DNA of 32,696 nucleotides. It comes from a virus (taxonomy: Duplodnaviria; Caudoviricetes). Below are positions 16,495 to 25,546 of the stretch, piece after piece. The DNA is taken from the IMG/VR virus record IMGVR_UViG_3300044475_000307, positions 1 to 32,696 of that record; one strand, given 5' to 3'. The notes beneath the pieces are model-generated. The model did no database searches, was not told where the DNA came from, and worked only from the letters and a program-made list of their open reading frames with translations. Numbering within the stretch: position 1 is the first letter of the stretch; each line of letters begins with the position of its first letter. The translations under genes and the position numbers were made by a program.

Positions 16495-18900
16495 TCATCC
16501 GTAGTGGCGGGCGACCATTTCCAGGATCTCGACCGACACGTCAGTGTTCACATACGACTGCACGATGTTGAAGTACGCACCACCCATAGTACCGGCCCAT
16601 GGACCGCAGAGCCCTGCGCCGGAGGTCCATGAGATGAGAGGTGAGCCGGTCGCCTTCGCGCCCTCGTAGAGACGAACGATTTGCTCACCGGTGAGGGCGC
16701 GCTCGAAGACGAGCACACATTCCAGTAGATCGTTGACTAGGCCAGTCGACACTGTGCCCTCGCCGAGTACTGGAATCGAGCCCTCATCGCCATAGACATA
16801 GAGGCGAACGACACCAGTCGTAGCCGGCCTGAACACGAAGAAGGCGCCTTCGTTGGTGATGATCTCCCCGTTTTCACGGTAAGACGGGCCGGCGAAGAGC
16901 ATGACACCAGTACCAGGAGAGAGTTTGGCCCGGAGGTAGATCTCTCGCATTTGACCTGGTACCCCGAAATCTACAGTGTTGGACCCGTCCCGTTCCTCGC
17001 GTGCCGCGTAGACGAACCGGCCTGCAGTAGGCACGTTGACGGTGTACTTGTGCGGGCCCGCGTGCTCGATCAGGTTCTGCTGCCAAATCGGCGATTTGAG
17101 CAGCGATACGCTACCCAGATCGCCGAGGAAAAATGGCTTCCTTTCCATCATTTTGTAGCTGGGGTTGATCTCGAAGTGTCCACCGAACAGGTTCCGGCTG
17201 AGGGTCTTCCTGGGTGCTGTCATCGTGATTCGGCACAATCCGTAGGGCAGACGCAGCAACCGGCAAGGGCGGTCGAAAACATGGTTGATGTAAGCCGCTG
17301 TCCCGGCGCCGTTGACCTCCTTGTCGTAGATCGGCACCGACGGATCTGCTCCGCCCAGGTGGTAGACCTTGATCCTGCCGACCTCGGCGATGGTCAGGTC
17401 AGTGTGCCCCTGCCCAGAGTCCGAGATCATCCGGTGGAGTAAAGGCAAGTCGCCTTCTTCACACCATACCCACGCGTCCAGCAGCACCGCGCCCGGTACG
17501 AAACGGCCTGGTGTCACCTGAAAGTTGTTCTGGATTGATGCCGAGTCCACGATCGGTGCGAAGTACGTTTCATGGGCATAGGGGTACCGGGTGCGGGAAT
17601 CCTGCCAGTTGATGCGCTCCAGGAAGTTGCGGCCCACGCGGTACAGCTCGGGGATGAGCTGCTCCGCGAGGATGCAGGCCTTGATCTGATGGCCCTCGTT
17701 GTTCGCATGCAGCCCGTCAGGAGCGACCTTGCGCCACCAGGTAGCGCCGCCATTGCGGTTCATCCAGTCGCGCTGGCGGTCGTGCATTTCGATGTAAGGA
17801 ATGCCGTACTGCGTGCACAGTGCCCGCTTGGCAGCATTCATCTCGGAGATTTCGGTGTTTTCGTAGTTATTGCCGGTGTTGTCAAAGTCATCATGGCTGC
17901 GCCAGTGGGCATCTGCCGACATCAGGATCGGTAGCTTTCCGGCCTTGAGAATGGCCTCGATCACCTTCCTGCTTTCAGCCACATGCTGATTCAAGCGGCT
18001 GCCCGTCTGTGCGGCATCATTGAGACCGAAAGCCACCGCCACGGCTTCGCAGTCCTTGTATACCGGGCTTTTGAGCACCGCAGCATCGAGGTTTTCCATC
18101 GCCCAACCGTTGTCCATGCGCTTACCACTGTAGCCAGCGTTGTAGCAGCGGATCTGGCCGTTGGCGTAGAACAGCTGCAGCAGCTCTTGCAGACGACGCG
18201 GGAAGGCGTTGTACCCACCAGCTGCGCCATGGTCAGTGGTGCCGGTCGCCGAGTTACCGGTCAGCGGGTTGGCGGTCCATCCCGACGTGCCCACACCATC
18301 AGTCGTGCTATCGCCGTAGAAGGCAATCTTGACTGCCTCGCCGGCACGCATCCGGCCAATGAGCATTCCCAGGCCCAGCGGATGGTTGCCGATGTGAGCT
18401 GTGGGGTCCTGGTCATGAGTCAGGACCTTTGCAGCGGCCTGCTGTTCAGCCCATTCGCGGGTGGCCAGCACGATCGAGGGGTCGACCTTCAGGGTAACGG
18501 CCTCAGCACTCCCCACCTCAGCGATGAAGCGGATGGTCTGCGTTCTGGCGCTGCCTTCGGCGAGTACAGGCTTGTACGTTTCCGGGTAGTTGCCGTACGC
18601 GACGAGATCCCCGTCGGCGTCATAGAGGCCGACCTCGCGGATGGTCCAACCGCCAATTTCAGGCGGGAGAACCTGCTCAACCACCACCCAAGCCGGGTTC
18701 TCGGCGTCCTTCTCGACCCGGTTGACCGGGCCGCGGCGCACCTCGTTGACCAGGGCAGTGCGCGAAGTGCTCGGTACCGGCAGCGAGCCCCCACCGTCGC
18801 CAATGGCCATCTGGCTGATGGTGAAGTCTTGTTGCAACGCGATTGCATTGGCCAGTTTTGCTGCGCCAACAGCGGTCAAAAGTGTGAAATAGCTAGCCAT
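16495..18900 (-). CDS. Tail fibre/tailspike: P2 gpH-type N-terminal anchor + SGNH hydrolase + beta-rich C-terminus
   Basis: N-terminus YFTLLT..G..AIGDGGG..GGWTIREVGL..PETYKP..EGS..DPSIVLATR. SGNH blocks GDSTT, NAGYSG, FGLND and DGLH. Confidence 0.88.
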   Translation of the reverse strand: MASYFTLLTAVGAAKLANAIALQQDFTISQMAIGDGGGSLPVPSTSRTALVNEVRRGPVNRVEKDAENPAWVVVEQVLPPEIGGWTIREVGLYDADGDLVAYGNYPETYKPVLAEGSARTQTIRFIAEVGSAEAVTLKVDPSIVLATREWAEQQAAAKVLTHDQDPTAHIGNHPLGLGMLIGRMRAGEAVKIAFYGDSTTDGVGTSGWTANPLTGNSATGTTDHGAAGGYNAFPRRLQELLQLFYANGQIRCYNAGYSGKRMDNGWAMENLDAAVLKSPVYKDCEAVAVAFGLNDAAQTGSRLNQHVAESRKVIEAILKAGKLPILMSADAHWRSHDDFDNTGNNYENTEISEMNAAKRALCTQYGIPYIEMHDRQRDWMNRNGGATWWRKVAPDGLHANNEGHQIKACILAEQLIPELYRVGRNFLERINWQDSRTRYPYAHETYFAPIVDSASIQNNFQVTPGRFVPGAVLLDAWVWCEEGDLPLLHRMISDSGQGHTDLTIAEVGRIKVYHLGGADPSVPIYDKEVNGAGTAAYINHVFDRPCRLLRLPYGLCRITMTAPRKTLSRNLFGGHFEINPSYKMMERKPFFLGDLGSVSLLKSPIWQQNLIEHAGPHKYTVNVPTAGRFVYAAREERDGSNTVDFGVPGQMREIYLRAKLSPGTGVMLFAGPSYRENGEIITNEGAFFVFRPATTGVVRLYVYGDEGSIPVLGEGTVSTGLVNDLLECVLVFERALTGEQIVRLYEGAKATGSPLISWTSGAGLCGPWAGTMGGAYFNIVQSYVNTDVSVEILEMVARHYG

Positions 18901-18908
18901 GCCTGCTC

Positions 18909-19610
18909 CTAAACTTGGGGGTATACCGCGACCGTGTCGATACTCACGATCGTGGATGCGGCGTTGATCGAGATCTGCGACTCAATAGCCGCCGGGGCTT
19001 TCGGGAAAATGGAGGTTGAATCGCCGTCGTAGATGGCAACGCTGAAGAAGACCTGGCCCGCGCTTTCGATTTGCCTGGGGGCGTAGGGGTAGATGGACGT
19101 TTCGTGGCCATCCTGCAGGGTCGTGGCGACCGTCAACGGGCCGGCGACGACGCCGATAAGGTTCAGCTCGGCAACATGGCGGCTCAGCGGCTTTGCATCC
19201 CCGATCAGGGCATTGAGCAGCTCGTAGGTGGCCTCGCTGATGCCGGCATCGAGGACTTCGATGTCCAGCGAGAACGTGCCGGGGGTGCCTTCGGGTTGGG
19301 TCTCCCACCACTCGGTGATCTTGATCCGATAGCCCAGCGGTTCAATCACCCGCCGCAACGCGCCGATGGTGCCCTTGTGCGAGTGAACGTAGTAGGACGA
19401 CTTGATCACCTGCCGCTTCGTTGCTTCGGCCCAGTTGGCATCCCAGCGATCGACGGAGAACGCCCAGGCCAGATAGGGGAGCATCGCTACCGGGCAGCGG
19501 TCAGGGTTCAGCAGATCCCTGACCGGCACCGGCACCTGGTCGATCTGCGCAAGCGCCTCAGCGGCCAGGCGTTCCAGCTGGCTGGCATTGGGCGGCAGCA
19601 GGGCGGTCAT
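18909..19610 (-). CDS. gpI: P2 gpI-like tail/baseplate protein
   Basis: From ATG 19610: LLPPNAS..LPYLAWAFSVDRWD..HKGTIGALRR. Confidence 0.93.
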   Translation of the reverse strand: MTALLPPNASQLERLAAEALAQIDQVPVPVRDLLNPDRCPVAMLPYLAWAFSVDRWDANWAEATKRQVIKSSYYVHSHKGTIGALRRVIEPLGYRIKITEWWETQPEGTPGTFSLDIEVLDAGISEATYELLNALIGDAKPLSRHVAELNLIGVVAGPLTVATTLQDGHETSIYPYAPRQIESAGQVFFSVAIYDGDSTSIFPKAPAAIESQISINAASTIVSIDTVAVYPQV

Positions 19611-20521
19611 TCCGACGCTCCGACTTTGACGCTGACGCTTTCGCAGTAGGCCGCTTGGGAGGGAGTGGGTTTCAGGTCGACCCAACCGGCGAGCTCGACT
19701 TTGCGCACGCCTTCCACATGCAGCGCGGCGAATACCGCCGACTCTGAAACCTCGACGCCCAAGCGGCGCCGTTGGCCGACAAAGGCGTTCAGTTTGGCTT
19801 CGGCGGCTGCCCGGATTGGCTCGGATTCTGGGCCGGTCGTAGAGAGGTAGATCGTTGCATCGACCGCGTAGGTGATCACCTGGGCCGATTGAACGGTGAG
19901 CCGATCGGCGACGGGGCGCCGGTCATCATCACTCAAGTAGCGCTGAACGATCTCAAGCACTTCGGCTTCGACGCTGCCGTCACCCAGGAGCGATTGAACA
20001 GTCACGACGACAACCGCTGGCGACGGGCTTTCTGCCGTGGCATCCGCAACGCTGCCCTCGGCACTGCGGGCATGGAGGATGTAGCTGTTGCGCGGGCCGG
20101 CGGTAGACAATCCTTCCCAGGCCATCTGGGCACGTTCACGCAGGCTGTCGTCGGATTCCATGACGGCGGCGACAGGTGGGACAGCAGCGGGATCTGCCGG
20201 GGTGACCACAAGCCTGGAAACGTTGTAGTTGGCTGCTACCTGGTCAAGATCGTTCCCTGCCGCTTTGGCCAGCAGGGTGGCAAGCGCCGCTTCATTGACC
20301 CGTTGGCGCCATACCATCTCCCGGTAGGCATTCTCCTGCACCAGTTTGGTCAGGGGTTCCGACTCCAAGGCGAGCTTGGCGGCAATGCTGGCCTGCTCAT
20401 CGACCGGCCAGAGGCTGACTAGGAACGCTTTGCGCTCGCTGAGGATCTGCTCGTAGTCGACCTGTTCCACCACCTGCGGGGCAGGCAGCAAATTGATGTC
20501 AATCGGGGTGAACGTGTTCAT
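19607..20521 (-). CDS. gpJ: Baseplate assembly protein gpJ
   Basis: LESEPLTKL, ESDDSLRER, STAGP and RPVADRLTV motifs. Confidence 0.95.
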   Translation of the reverse strand: MNTFTPIDINLLPAPQVVEQVDYEQILSERKAFLVSLWPVDEQASIAAKLALESEPLTKLVQENAYREMVWRQRVNEAALATLLAKAAGNDLDQVAANYNVSRLVVTPADPAAVPPVAAVMESDDSLRERAQMAWEGLSTAGPRNSYILHARSAEGSVADATAESPSPAVVVVTVQSLLGDGSVEAEVLEIVQRYLSDDDRRPVADRLTVQSAQVITYAVDATIYLSTTGPESEPIRAAAEAKLNAFVGQRRRLGVEVSESAVFAALHVEGVRKVELAGWVDLKPTPSQAAYCESVSVKVGASE

Positions 20522-20871
20522 GCCCCAGCCCCCAGGTTCAATGGAATGCGCAGGTTGAACGGCTCGTTGCTGTCTGCGAGTGAGCCTTCAACGTCGAGGA
20601 TGGCCTGGCCGGGTGCATCACCCAGGCTCAACAGCACGCGGCTAAGCCGGATGCGTGGTTCCCAGCGCATCAGGGCAATAGCGGTAGCGGCGTAGGCCTG
20701 CAGGCGCGTGGCGTTATTCAGTGGCCAGTCAATGAGGTCGACCAGCTGGCTCCCGTAATCTCGGCGCATGACGCGGCTGCCGATCGGGGTGGTGAGGATG
20801 TCGGCGATTGACTGCGCAAGGTGCAGGCGATCGGAGATTGCGCGCCCGGTCTGGGCATTCATACCGGTCAT
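20518..20871 (-). CDS. gpW: Baseplate wedge protein gpW (gp25-like)
   Basis: QSIADILTTPIGSRVMRRDYGS..WEPRI. Confidence 0.95.
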   Translation of the reverse strand: MTGMNAQTGRAISDRLHLAQSIADILTTPIGSRVMRRDYGSQLVDLIDWPLNNATRLQAYAATAIALMRWEPRIRLSRVLLSLGDAPGQAILDVEGSLADSNEPFNLRIPLNLGAGA

Positions 20872-21446
20872 GGGACGGGCGCTCCTGATTCCCCTGGTCC
20901 AGGCATGACGCCAGAGGTGCGGTGCTGAACCAGACTGATGCCGTCGGCGCCGGCCACCACGTCCTCGGAAACGGTCACGGTGCCAGTAATCTGCTGGTTG
21001 CCCTGTTGGGTGTAATCACCGGTGTGATTGATGGGGCCGGTGATGTTGATGCCACCGGTGCTGGTGATATCGGTAACGCCGCCCTCGGGGAGGATGGCGC
21101 GCAGTTGGTGGGCCACGCTGTCGTATTCGATCACGGCGCCGTCACGGTAGGTGCGGCGGTGCAGGCCTTCGCGGTCACCGTTGGCCGGGTTGTGGTCGCT
21201 GAACAGGCCGGTGAGCACGACGGCCTGGGCGAGTAGCCCCGACGGGCTCAACAGTACGACCTGTTCGCCAACGGTGGGCGGGTCCCATTCGCGGTCAGCG
21301 CCGGCACGCAGGCTCAGCCACGGGCGCCAGGCGGTGACGATGTTGCCGCTTTTCACTTTGACGCGGGGCGGCAGCACCTGGACCGCTTCGACGGTGCCGA
21401 GGCGGACAAGGTTTTCGATGAGACGAGCGAGTTCGGCGATGTTCAT
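20868..21446 (-). CDS. gpV: Baseplate spike gpV
   Basis: From ATG 21446: NLVRLGTV..RAG..WDPPTVGEQV..YRDGAVIEYD. Confidence 0.93.
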   Translation of the reverse strand: MNIAELARLIENLVRLGTVEAVQVLPPRVKVKSGNIVTAWRPWLSLRAGADREWDPPTVGEQVVLLSPSGLLAQAVVLTGLFSDHNPANGDREGLHRRTYRDGAVIEYDSVAHQLRAILPEGGVTDITSTGGINITGPINHTGDYTQQGNQQITGTVTVSEDVVAGADGISLVQHRTSGVMPGPGESGAPVP

Positions 21447-21463
21447 GCCGGTGATGCTGCGAT

Positions 21464-21512
21464 GCGCGCGCGTGAAGCGCACGGCGCGCAGCTTGTAGGA
21501 AGCCGGGTTACA
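21464..21512 (-). promoter_or_regulatory. Late promoter of the V operon (putative Ogr site + GC tract)
   Basis: TGTAGG-aagccggg-TTACA (21494-21512) and GCGCGCGCG (21464-21472). Confidence 0.75.
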
Positions 21513-21521
21513 GCGGCAGGG

Positions 21522-21974
21522 TCAGCGGGTGAGGTGCTCGAGCAGGTGGTCGCGGATCAGCTCGATGTCTGCCGGGCTGAAGCCCAGCAGCTCGCGGCGC
21601 TCGTACTGGATATCAGCCATGCCCTTGCCTGGACGATCACGCAGGCCTTCCTGGTGGACCCGGGCGATACGAGCCGTGCGGGCCATGAAGCCAATGGCGA
21701 TCGAGTTCGGTGTGCTCTGCAGTTTCAGGTGTTTGGCCTGGCGCAGCTTGGTGAACATCTGGCGCTTGATCCGGCCGGCCTTGCCACGCAGCTGGCGCGG
21801 TTTGCGTTTGGCATAAGGGGTGCCGTCAGGGTTGCGCTGTGCGGCGATGCGCTGCTGTTGGCTGCGGCGTAGCTCCCGGGCAATCTCCTGGTTGAGCTTA
21901 CGGCGGACGCCCGGCTCCAGCTTGGCCAGCAGGGCGCCGGCCCAGTCTTCCAAGGCGTTGAGGTTATCAGTCAT
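21522..21974 (-). CDS. gpS: Tail completion protein gpS
   Basis: From ATG 21974: LRRSQQQRIAAQRNPDG..MFTKLR..ARVHQEG..RELLG. Confidence 0.93.
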   Translation of the reverse strand: MTDNLNALEDWAGALLAKLEPGVRRKLNQEIARELRRSQQQRIAAQRNPDGTPYAKRKPRQLRGKAGRIKRQMFTKLRQAKHLKLQSTPNSIAIGFMARTARIARVHQEGLRDRPGKGMADIQYERRELLGFSPADIELIRDHLLEHLTR

Positions 21975-22491
21975 GGCGGCGAGGGTGCGAGCTGGCGATA
22001 TCGCCGCCGTCCTGGGCGGTGCTCTGCCATTCGGCGAGCAGTTCGCCGCCGGCGTAGAGCTTCCAGTCTCCGGCCGGCAGGAACGGCTCAAGCTGAGGCT
22101 CGTCCGGGTGGCTGACCTGCAGCGTTCCGTCGTCCTGTTTCTTGACGATCACCCGCTCGGTGAGAGCAAGCTTGATCGACAGGTCGACCTTGCTGTTGTC
22201 CAGGACGTCAGCCTCGAAGCTAATGGCCTCCTTGCCCTTTTCCAGGTTGGCGATCAGCTCATGCTGGTTGACCATCAGCCAGGCCAGCAGGGGGATCATC
22301 AGGGCGTCCGGGTGGCCGGCAAAGTCCGTCAAGATCACGTTCAGGGTGTAGGCGTACTCGAAGGACAGGCCAACGGCGGCGGTGCTTCGGACGGTGCCGT
22401 TGTCGATGAACACCAGCAGGCAGTCGGGGTTGTTGCGCAGCTCGGGCACGGCGGCAAGCAGGTGGTTGCGCAGCGAGTCGGGCTTGTTCAT
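21967..22491 (-). CDS. gpR: Tail completion protein gpR
   Basis: MNKPDSLR..LSFEYAYTL..LTERVIV motifs. Confidence 0.93.
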   Translation of the reverse strand: MNKPDSLRNHLLAAVPELRNNPDCLLVFIDNGTVRSTAAVGLSFEYAYTLNVILTDFAGHPDALMIPLLAWLMVNQHELIANLEKGKEAISFEADVLDNSKVDLSIKLALTERVIVKKQDDGTLQVSHPDEPQLEPFLPAGDWKLYAGGELLAEWQSTAQDGGDIASSHPRRHD

Positions 22492-22751
22492 GGGCGACGA
22501 GCCCTCTGTTGCGCCTGGTACACCATATCGACCTGGGCGGCGCAGTCAGCCCAGGCGGCTTCCACCGCTTCGGCATCGCGCAGCAAATCTCCGTTAGCGA
22601 TCGGTCCCGCCGCTGGCAGGCGGCAGGGCACGACGGCGGGACAACCAGTCACGGTATTCAGCGGCGCCGGTGATGGCGGGGCGCTCACGCAGCCTGCGAG
22701 CAGCATCAGGCAGAGGCTGGCGGGACCAATCGGCAAGTTCGGCGTTCGCAT
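22488..22751 (-). CDS. lysC: o-spanin lipoprotein (LysC/Rz1-like)
   Basis: From ATG 22751: lipobox LLAG-C, then CPAVVPCRLP..NGDL..WADCAAQVD. Overlaps lysB in another frame. Confidence 0.85.
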   Translation of the reverse strand: MRTPNLPIGPASLCLMLLAGCVSAPPSPAPLNTVTGCPAVVPCRLPAAGPIANGDLLRDAEAVEAAWADCAAQVDMVYQAQQRARRP

Positions 22752-23037
22752 GTTCGAGCTCCTGGATCTGGTTGAGGCTTTCGGCCAGGTTCTGGCGCAG
22801 TTGGTTCTGGGTGGTGCGCAGGGCGGCCTGGGCGGCGCGCTCGGCCTGCACCTCGGCGTCGAGGCGAACGAAGGTGGCGGCCTGGCGATCGCTGCGCTCC
22901 TGGACTGTCTGCAGGCGCTCAACGGCGTTAGCGGACTTGGCTTTCTCCACCTCAAGGCGCTGATGCTGGCCCCAGAACAGCAGGGCTAGAGCTGCATAGC
23001 CCGCAGCAGTCAATCCTGCCTGTCGCAGATCGATCAC
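22594..23037 (-). CDS. lysB: i-spanin (LysB/Rz-like)
   Basis: From GTG 23037: N-terminal hydrophobic helix, coiled coil, WSRQPLPDAARRL..RP motif. Confidence 0.85.
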   Translation of the reverse strand: MIDLRQAGLTAAGYAALALLFWGQHQRLEVEKAKSANAVERLQTVQERSDRQAATFVRLDAEVQAERAAQAALRTTQNQLRQNLAESLNQIQELEHANAELADWSRQPLPDAARRLRERPAITGAAEYRDWLSRRRALPPASGGTDR

Positions 23038-23240
23038 GCCCGGTACCAGCCGGCGGCGTTCATCGCGGCGACATCCAGACGCTGGATATCGGTCGCGATT
23101 ACCAGGCATTTCACGCCCGGGCACGCCATATGCAGTGCCTCGGCGAAGTCCTGGGCGTCCTGGTGGTTGGTTCCCTCGGGCAATACGAAGACGTCACCGT
23201 CCCGGGGGCTGTGCTTGCGGATCTGGGCAATGTCGAACAT
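23034..23240 (-). CDS. Hypothetical 68-aa protein inside the lysis cassette
   Basis: AGGAG RBS; its stop overlaps the lysB GTG (GTGA); no TM segment. Confidence 0.7.
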   Translation of the reverse strand: MFDIAQIRKHSPRDGDVFVLPEGTNHQDAQDFAEALHMACPGVKCLVIATDIQRLDVAAMNAAGWYRA

Positions 23241-23266
23241 GGGAACTCCTGGGCCTCTGTTACGGG

Positions 23267-24112
23267 TTATGCAGCGAGGGTGCAGCCGCAGGCGGCATGC
23301 CGTTCGTAGGCGCGTTCAAGCTTCACGTCGTAGAGGTTCCTGGCGTAGTTCGGGCCGTTGTAAAGCTTGGCGAACTGCGCCCACTTCTTACCCTTGAGCG
23401 CCTTGTGCAACGCCGGATCCGACTCGATGAAGCGGACGAAGGCCTCGAAGTGTTCGCGTTCGTCCTGGTGCATCCGGGCGACGAAGTCAGCCAGGTTTGC
23501 ATAGCCCAGGCGTTGCCAGTGGTAGCCCATGATCTGGAAGGCCCCCCAGCTCGCCGACTCGGCGGCCCGGTCGGCATCGAGCATGCGGGCCTGGGCCAGG
23601 CGCTGGTGCTCGCCGGTACCGCCGACGTAGCCGCCCGGGCGGGGGTTGACCAGGTGCGGGTAGGCGGTCGCCAGCTCATCGGCATGGCGCTGCAACTCGA
23701 CGACGTCGTCACCCTCGTTGTGTGGCAACGCCAGTCGCTTGTACATGACATGCCGCTCGAATAGGATTTTCGGCTTGCCGTTGGCCAGGAAGCCCTGGCC
23801 GTGGCTCTCCACCTCGTTGACGGCGTAGATCGCAGCCAGCTCGACGCCCAGGCGCTCGGCGCCCGCCATCAGGGTGGCGCTGCCCAGCAGAAGGCGGCAA
23901 TCGGCACCGGCCAGGGCCGCCTGGGTTTTGCTGCCGACAATGCCGTCGTCGACCAGGCCAGCCCTGACCTGGAAGGCGCGCACCGCCTTTTCGGTGGCAT
24001 CGCCGAAGTCGGCGTCAACGACCAGTGGGGGTTTGGCACCGGTCTGATTGAGCTGCTTTTGCAGTTGGCTGACGGCTTGGCCACGGTCGCCGTGGCGCAG
24101 GGTGAGGGTCAT
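23267..24112 (-). CDS. Endolysin: PG-binding domain + N-acetylmuramidase (DUF3380-like)
   Basis: LRHGDRG.AV..LQ.QL..DADFG..TEKAV..FQ..GL.DDGIVG; catalytic region EVES, ILFERH, SWGAFQIMG, FAKLYNG..Y. Confidence 0.93.
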   Translation of the reverse strand: MTLTLRHGDRGQAVSQLQKQLNQTGAKPPLVVDADFGDATEKAVRAFQVRAGLVDDGIVGSKTQAALAGADCRLLLGSATLMAGAERLGVELAAIYAVNEVESHGQGFLANGKPKILFERHVMYKRLALPHNEGDDVVELQRHADELATAYPHLVNPRPGGYVGGTGEHQRLAQARMLDADRAAESASWGAFQIMGYHWQRLGYANLADFVARMHQDEREHFEAFVRFIESDPALHKALKGKKWAQFAKLYNGPNYARNLYDVKLERAYERHAACGCTLAA

Positions 24113-24387
24113 ACGCTTGGCCTCAGTAGGGCGGCGACATTGCCGCGTGATCGGTAAATCAGGGTGCAGAGCAGCACGGCGGTAACGGCCTGCCAGAGGC
24201 TCACCGGTGGGCGGAACAGCAGCAGCTCAAGGCCGCACATGCACAGCGCGGCGCCGAACAGGCTGGCCAGCAGCGAGATGCCGCGCCGGTAGCGGGCAGT
24301 GCCACGGTTGTAGCAGGCCAGCCGCAGGGCACCGAGCAGATAGGCGCTGGCGGTGATCAGCGGAATGACCAGGGCAATGATCGACAT
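24109..24387 (-). CDS. Holin-like membrane protein
   Basis: 92 aa with about three hydrophobic segments; RG.ARYR and RGNVA motifs; coupled to the endolysin. Confidence 0.8.
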   Translation of the reverse strand: MSIIALVIPLITASAYLLGALRLACYNRGTARYRRGISLLASLFGAALCMCGLELLLFRPPVSLWQAVTAVLLCTLIYRSRGNVAALLRPSV

Positions 24388-24388
24388 T

Positions 24389-24742
24389 TCAGCTCCCCCC
24401 TCTGATGCGGCGCAGGATGTCGAACAGATCGGCCTGCTCGACCCAGAGCATGGCCTTGATGCTGATCGGGATCACGACCAGGGCGCAGGCGAACGCGGCG
24501 CCGCCGCTGTTGATGATCGGCGCGATTTTCAGGGCCACCGGCGCGAACAGGTAGCCCACGCCGGCCGAGAGCAGCAGCGAACCCAACCGCTGCCAGGCCT
24601 TGAGATCGCGTTTGATGCTGGTCACCAGCCAGGCGCCGAGGAGGGCGCCGAACAGCGCCTCGCCATCGATCAGCGGCACGGCGGTGGCCAGGCCAAGGCC
24701 CATCAGCAGGCCGGTAATAGAGCTGGAAGTCGGATCAGCCAT
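24389..24742 (-). CDS. Holin-like membrane protein (second)
   Basis: 117 aa, multi-TM, basic C-terminus (LRRIRGGS); first gene of the lysis cassette after X. Confidence 0.8.
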   Translation of the reverse strand: MADPTSSSITGLLMGLGLATAVPLIDGEALFGALLGAWLVTSIKRDLKAWQRLGSLLLSAGVGYLFAPVALKIAPIINSGGAAFACALVVIPISIKAMLWVEQADLFDILRRIRGGS

Positions 24743-24769
24743 GGCACAGGGTCCTTTTGTTGGCGGTGG

Positions 24770-24979
24770 TCAGTCCCATAGGTTCACCACCTGGCGTTGT
24801 TCAACTTGTGGCGCGGCATCGGGCAGGGTGACTTGCGTGCCGTGCGGAATGGTGGTGCCGTGATCGGCTAGGCCGGGGTTCGCCTCAAGCACTGCCTCGG
24901 TGACACCGGCGGTGCGGCCATAGAAACGCCAACAGATGGCATCCACGGTGTCGCCCTGGTTGGCGATTACGGCCGGCAT
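24770..24979 (-). CDS. gpX: Tail protein gpX (LysM-like)
   Basis: From ATG 24979: QGDTVDAICWRFYGRT..VLEANPGLA..VNLWD. Confidence 0.93.
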   Translation of the reverse strand: MPAVIANQGDTVDAICWRFYGRTAGVTEAVLEANPGLADHGTTIPHGTQVTLPDAAPQVEQRQVVNLWD

Positions 24980-25443
24980 CACAGCAACTCCACGGTGGTG
25001 TGGCTGACGCCGAGGATGCTGCGCAGGGCCTTGCGGGCATCGCGACGCAGCTGGTCGGCGCTGCTTTCTTCCTCGGTGACCTTCTTCTCGCCGCTGTTGG
25101 TGGCATCGAAGCTGCTGTAGCGCTCCACCAGCTCGGCCAGGGCATTGCAGTAAATGACCCGGCGGTAGAGATGGAGTAACTGGCTTTCGCCTTTGATCGG
25201 TTCCGCCGGCACGTCGGCCAATGCGACATAGCCCTGGGCCTGCTGTGCATCCCGGTAGCCGGAAAGCTCCCGGTTGGCTTCGATCATCGCGTTGACCGCT
25301 GCAACCTCCAGGCGGTCGTCGGTAACGGCATCGGTGATGCGCATGGCGGCGCGCAAGTGCTGACCGTTGATCTCTGGCCAGAAAGTACCGTTGCTGATCG
25401 GGAAGGCGGCCGTTGGAATGCCGCCGGCGATGAATCCGCTCAT
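24979..25443 (-). CDS. gpL: Head completion/stabilisation protein gpL
   Basis: FWPEI..MRITDAVT..YRRVIY..ERY..FDAT..TVELL. Confidence 0.93.
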   Translation of the reverse strand: MSGFIAGGIPTAAFPISNGTFWPEINGQHLRAAMRITDAVTDDRLEVAAVNAMIEANRELSGYRDAQQAQGYVALADVPAEPIKGESQLLHLYRRVIYCNALAELVERYSSFDATNSGEKKVTEEESSADQLRRDARKALRSILGVSHTTVELL

Positions 25444-25546
25444 GCTGGTCGCTCGAATAGGTCGGCGGTGGTCGGGGCTTCACAGCTAAGCCAAGGAGTA
25501 AGCCTGCTGATCCGCCCCGAGCCGCCGGGTGCGTGGGGACGCTCAG

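Noticed and set aside
9432-24979. R-type tailocin cluster
   Set aside because: Capsid, terminase, portal, replication and integrase genes are all present, so this is a prophage.
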